Shown here piece by piece: positions 59,182-64,000 of a stretch of 64,000 bases of DNA; within the stretch, counting starts at the first letter, position 1, and each line of letters opens with the position of its first letter. A program made the position numbers and the translations under genes. Source of the stretch: Iphione sp. A-MEVVRFRX5 (taxonomy: Eukaryota); NCBI GenBank assembly GCA_976226885.1, contig OZ320316.1:59210001-59274000 (forward strand), written 5' to 3'. The notes beneath the pieces were generated by a model. That model was given only the letters and a program-made list of their open reading frames with translations, was not told the origin of the DNA and ran no database searches.

Positions 59182-59320
59182 GAGGTTCGCAATTCTGCTG
59201 AGGTTGAATGTGTCATGGACATGTTATTAGATGCCCAGGAGAAGGACAGGCAGGAAAACTCACCCATTGCTCTTCTTGATGGAGATATCAGCGCTGCATG
59301 CATAGATCTCATATTTGCAG
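59182..59320 (+). CDS. Cytochrome P450 third coding exon (…CVMDMLL…CIDLIFA-G|)
   Basis: accag| acceptor and |gtatgt donor; 139 nt; I-helix DLIFAG. No later exon found in the window. Confidence 0.88.
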
Positions 59321-59749
59321 GTATGTGTCAATGACCTTAACAACCGTTTAGATGTCACAGTGAAACTATTATAAGTTTCTTTAATAATAAAGTGTAATGT
59401 ACAGGAACGTTATATTGAACTTGTGTCCATTCAAGATTTCAGAGGAGAAGTCTTATAATCTGCACGGACCTCACATACTCAACACAGCTGTTGATGTTTA
59501 CAAATATATTCATTAATAATGCAAAAATTGAGGCTATCCAAGACAAGGCACACCCCTACATTGAGGACTCTGTTGTAAATTTATCTTAGTTTGTAAATTA
59601 TGGTAAAAAAACATTAATAAGGCAATAGATGGTGCTCTACCAGATCAGTATTAAGATTCATTGCAAATATTTTGCATTTATTACTAAATATTACATATCT
59701 ACATACTAAATACTGTACACTTTTAAATGCCTCCAGTATGATGAAAGAC

Positions 59750-59994
59750 TGTAACGGCCGCTTCTCAATAAAGACATACTAACAACTGGTTTAACAGGAG
59801 GTTTATTCCTAAGAACAATCAACAATGAAGGCAATGCACAGAATGACAGTGAACCCCTACACATTCCCCCTTATACAGTCTGATAAGGTCCAGTCCAGCC
59901 TTGCTGCTGCTCTGTAGCGACAACCGTGCGCCGCAGCAGTGCGCCGTGCGCCGCAGTAGCCCACCACCACCCCAGCCGTGTGGCTGCTACTACA
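59750..59994 (-). mobile_element. Solo LTR (245 bp) with 4-bp TSD AGAC in a CYP intron
   Basis: TGTAAC...CTACA; AGAC at 59746-59749 and 59995-59998; TATAAG and AATAAA on the minus strand. Confidence 0.75.
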
Positions 59995-60165
59995 AGACAT
60001 ATTTTCATTGGTGATGCTCGCTGAATAATTCCTTCAATCATTGTGATTACTACATATGTTCTGGTAATTTTTCATAATGCATCACATTTGCATCAGTAAT
60101 TCTGACAAAAATATAAACATACAGATCAAAATAGAGTAGTATTCTAAGATTTTAAAACAATGTGT

Positions 60166-60329
60166 CAGAGCTGGGCACCCAAGAAAAAGTTGTCGCAACT
60201 ATGTCGCATTTCTTAACGTCTCCGTCGCAAATTCAGCACTAAACCAGTGAGGAGAAAAAGAAAGTTATTGCATTTTTTAATACCTGTGTTGCACATTTTT
60301 TGCGAAATGTGACAGGTTGCCCAGCCCTG
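60166..60329. mobile_element. 164-bp MITE CAG(A/G)GCTGGGCA with 5-bp TSD TGTGT
   Basis: 12-bp TIR (11/12); TGTGT at 60161-60165 and 60330-60334. Confidence 0.8.
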
Positions 60330-61436
60330 TGTGTTAAATTGCATATGTTCAAGTCGAAAGAAAGACTATTCTTTTCATCCTTCTAAGGCCCCTAAATTTG
60401 TCTTGCCCTTAAATTGTTGACTTGCTCTTTATGATGGTGTGCAGTTGTTTTAAAGCAGATACATTGTGTGTTTTTTTATCTTTGTTACAAAGAGATTTAT
60501 TGCAGTGTATAAGAGTTTTGTACAAGTGTCCAATTAATCCTTTAAGTGAATGATGACTTGATATATATTCACAAAATCAGGGCAAGTAGTGTCATAAGGC
60601 ATTATGTCATAGTAGCCTGAATTTAAAGGAAATCGAGTGCAAAAGTGTCTGACTGAAAGAACTGAATGGTCTGCATGAAAAGACATCACTGATCATTGGT
60701 CATAATTCAGGGTTCATACTTGAATGTTGATCCTCCATGTTAGGTGCCTCAGAAGAAGGAGTCCATCTTTTTGGGCGAGGACTATAAATAAACAGTAGAA
60801 GGATAGTGGTAGTTGTGGAGGAGGCAATGGTGATGGTGGAGGTGGTAGTAGGATAGTGGTGGTGGTAGTTTTGGATATTGTGGTAGTATGGGTGGTCATT
60901 CTGAATTGACAACCCACTACACCACTAACTGTACCTTCTGGGTGGCGACCTGGGACTAGACACACCCCACTCGTCTGTGTGGGGAAGTCCTGTGGGTAGA
61001 CATGCCGTACTGTGCTTTGAGCTGCACTCTTCCAGCAGGGATAGTGAACAAACATGTCCCACTGGACTCCTGATTACACCGTTTTTGGTGGGGACAGTGA
61101 AAAGCCATCTATGTTTACCACTTTGACCTTGTGCTGCATATACAACGGTACATATTCCTCTTGGTTTGACTCAGATATATTTGTTAAATCTCAGAGAGAT
61201 CAGAGAATGAGTGCTAAGACATGGGATGAGCTGTCTGTCCAGTGTACAGAACCACACTGAGCATGATGTCATGCTCACAGTTCCATGTCATGATCCCTTG
61301 GCAACATAGTAACATAATGGCTACTTTGTTACCAACAATTTGATTTATTGCAAGGGGGTGCTCATTAAAGATGGGAGGGGCTTATTCTTTGAATTCTGAG
61401 CCAGCTTGTTGCTTGTTACACAACCTTGGGCAAGTT

Positions 61437-64000
61437 TTCAAGATTCAAGATTCAAGAGCTTTTATTATCCAAATCTCCGGTTTTACGTGGAGCTCTCCTT
61501 GGGTAATACAATCAGAGTGCGTAATTAACAAATAGGAAAATAGAAGGATATAGTGCTGTTGTTACAATAAATGATGTATAAGAGCAGTATGTTTGAGCAT
61601 ACATCAATCTGCATTCTATGTACAACAAGAATGAACACGCGATCTGAAGCATGGATTCGTAATCTATTAAGCGCGCAAAATATCACAGACAATATTCAAT
61701 TCTCACACTGTGGTACATGTTAGCGAATCAACATATTGGGGGCAAATCCCGACTGGAGAAAGTGACGTTAACTACGGAAGATCGTGAGCTACAAATTATG
61801 AGCCATAATGGGGTATTTACAGGTTACTGAATCAATTTTACCAGGTAAATCTGCTTTATCTATTAAAAGGCTAATTGTAAATTATCTAAAATGGCTTTAT
61901 CTATATGAGCGGTTTACGAGGGAGTCACAGCGTGTGTACTTACAGTTCTAAGCATTCATTAGGATGCTCCCCCTTTGACATATATTGCCGATAGAGTCGT
62001 CGCAAGGTTTACATAGTGGTAGCAATACGATAACGGTAGCAAGTATGAATTCAGCTATAAGAGATAAGTTACAAGCATTGTTCTTCCTTAAAAATTTAAC
62101 CCCGGATGATAAGATTATAACACAGTAGAAAGAATGTTATATGGCAAGGAGTCAGTTATCACAGATTCAAGTGATCTAGGGGCACTAATTGTCCCCATCT
62201 CACTATAGGTTCATGAAGAGTCACAGCACATAAAGGGATATGTTACCTGTTGGTAGGCTCACATAGATAGTTACATGTTGGCACATTTGTGAACAATTAA
62301 TTGTACCGTGTCCATGTCAACATAAGCTGGTTATTCCCATCTGATCCACAACTCACAGTGATAGCATCAATGGTTACACAGTACCCGCTGTCGTTTTGGC
62401 AGATTTTGCAGCATTTTATGCTGAAGTGGTAAGGAATTCCACTGCCGGACACCTTTGTACCTTAGCGATTGTGCAAACTTGGCAGATCGCGGTTTGTCAG
62501 TGGCCCCTAACAGTGTACAACCTTGCCTTGTTTTTGTTTTCCGGCGAGATGGGATTAGACCGAGTTTCATCTGACGATGTATTGCCATTAATCCCCTCTC
62601 CCACACAATATCCTTGACTCGCGGGATACCAAGCCTGGATGCAATTGTACGTCCGGACAAGTAGCAGCCCCTTTGTACGGCCACTCTAATACACCTATTT
62701 AGGTGAGTTTGTAACCGGACGATATTAGATTCGGACTGGCCAAAGAGGGTCACCACATGGTAGTGTATCTGCGATACCAGCAGTGATCTGACCAGCATAC
62801 ACCTTACATCCATTGGCAGGTAGGCCTTAATTCGGCCCAGCTTGAGGGCTGACGACCATAGTGCCTTCTTCAGGTTTTTCACACTGTCACTGAAATTAAA
62901 CTTCGTATCAAGTCGATAACCCAGGAGCTTTAGTGTGGTAACCATACTCATTTCACCACCATCCAAATGGAGGTCCAAATTCTGGCCAGCAGCTTTACCA
63001 ACGGGCATATAAGCACATTTGTCTTTGCTTAGGATAAAGTTCTCATTGCGACACCATGTTTGCACTGCATTTATTGCAGTCTGGCAGCCGTTCCTCAGTC
63101 GTAGTAGGTCGTTAGCCTGGACAAATACAGTCAAGTCGTCTGCATAGGCCACCGGGTGGCAACCAACCGGCAGCTGCTTTAGAAGGTCATTAATGACGAT
63201 GTTAAAGGCCAACGGTCCAAAGACCGACCCCTGAGGGACTCCCCGGACTAACGCCCGTGTGACCGAGTCCTGCCCATAACATCTGACAAATTGGCTTCTG
63301 TCTTTAAAGTACCCCGCCACCATTCTACGTGTACGGTGTCCAAAACCGAACTGCTTCATCCTCAACAGGACCTTGTCGTGTGCGACTAGGTCGAAGGCCT
63401 TGCGCAAGTCGAAAGCGACCAGGCAGTTGTATCGCCCCCTGTTGATAGATTCCTGTACCCTGCAGATGACGTCGGTGATGGCAGTCTCCGTGCTCCTGGA
63501 TGGTCGGAAGCCGTGCTGCATGTCACTCAGAAGGCCCTGATTCTCTAAGTGTTTTGACATTTGTGGTACAAACCATCGTTCACAGAGTTTTTCCGGCAAG
63601 GGTAGTATGGACACGGGCCGATAATTTTGGAGCAGGTTATGGTCCCCCTTTTTATGGACAGGCGTGATTCTGGCTACCTTCCAACTGTCCGGATACTCAC
63701 CAGTGTCAAGAATTTCCCCAAACACCCATGCTAGGTAGTCCGGTATGCGGTATAGTAGTGGCTTAAGTATTACTGTTGGCAACAAGTCCACCCCTGATGA
63801 TTTATTTGTTTTTACCCCTTGCACCAGCTTGATGACATCCAAAGGGGACGGAGGTGTAACCTCCATTACCTTAGTAGGCGATGGAACTACAAGGTTTACA
63901 GCACCATCAGATTTTTGAGCTAACCTCTCAACCTCATTTATGAAGTGAAAGTTGAAGCTATCTGCTAGTGCCATATTTGTCCCCCCTTCAATCACAGTAG
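61437..64000 (-). mobile_element. Young CR1-group (L2/Crack/Daphne-like) LINE, antisense in a CYP intron; runs off the window
   Basis: Open RT ORF to the stop at 62367; ~910-bp 3' UTR; AATAAA plus (TCTTGAA)3 tail at 61457-61437. Confidence 0.9.
62367..64000 (-). CDS. LINE ORF2, RT and C-terminal part (uninterrupted)
   Basis: PVHKKG..NYRPVSIL, QHGFRP, FDLRKAFD, GVPQGSVFGP, YADD, KLLG, WNSLP. Confidence 0.92.
   Translation of the reverse strand, partial: TVIEGGTNMALADSFNFHFINEVERLAQKSDGAVNLVVPSPTKVMEVTPPSPLDVIKLVQGVKTNKSSGVDLLPTVILKPLLYRIPDYLAWVFGEILDTGEYPDSWKVARITPVHKKGDHNLLQNYRPVSILPLPEKLCERWFVPQMSKHLENQGLLSDMQHGFRPSRSTETAITDVICRVQESINRGRYNCLVAFDLRKAFDLVAHDKVLLRMKQFGFGHRTRRMVAGYFKDRSQFVRCYGQDSVTRALVRGVPQGSVFGPLAFNIVINDLLKQLPVGCHPVAYADDLTVFVQANDLLRLRNGCQTAINAVQTWCRNENFILSKDKCAYMPVGKAAGQNLDLHLDGGEMSMVTTLKLLGYRLDTKFNFSDSVKNLKKALWSSALKLGRIKAYLPMDVRCMLVRSLLVSQIHYHVVTLFGQSESNIVRLQTHLNRCIRVAVQRGCYLSGRTIASRLGIPRVKDIVWERGLMAIHRQMKLGLIPSRRKTKTRQGCTLLGATDKPRSAKFAQSLRYKGVRQWNSLPLQHKMLQNLPKRQRVLCNH

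Overview
Eukaryotic (metazoan, probably marine invertebrate; inferred) genomic DNA that is mostly nested transposable elements between two partial host genes. The ORF track misses both as spliced genes. (1) PPP4R2, minus strand, coding exons 1-4 at 10170-10134, 10049-9968, 2386-2216 and 732-639; the gene continues off the left edge. (2) A clan-2 cytochrome P450, plus strand, exons 56977-57543, 57740-57949 and 59182-59320; it continues off the right edge. The TEs are: three CR1-group LINEs and one RTEX-like LINE; two Ngaro/DIRS tyrosine-recombinase (YR) retroelements; a Mag-like Gypsy element with identical LTRs, split by a Neptune-type Penelope-like element (PLE); three related tRNA-Leu-type or related Gypsy elements; solo LTRs; and several MITE families. 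Three observations stand out. (a) Both Ngaro-type elements have a phase-1 splice acceptor just after the RT/RNaseH stop, and the copy that keeps gag has a matching phase-1 donor, implying the recombinase is made as a spliced Gag-N-terminus/YR fusion. (b) The PLE 3' end carries a complete type I hammerhead ribozyme whose halves are separated by a 273-nt multibranched domain inserted in loop III. (c) Two divergent Gypsy elements carry an extra sense-strand 3' gene (two C2H2 fingers, long disordered linker, globular C-terminus); in the better-preserved copy it follows a strong splice acceptor. Two assembly gaps (8136-8299, 10718-10896) limit interpretation locally. All family assignments come from motif recognition by eye, not database searches.
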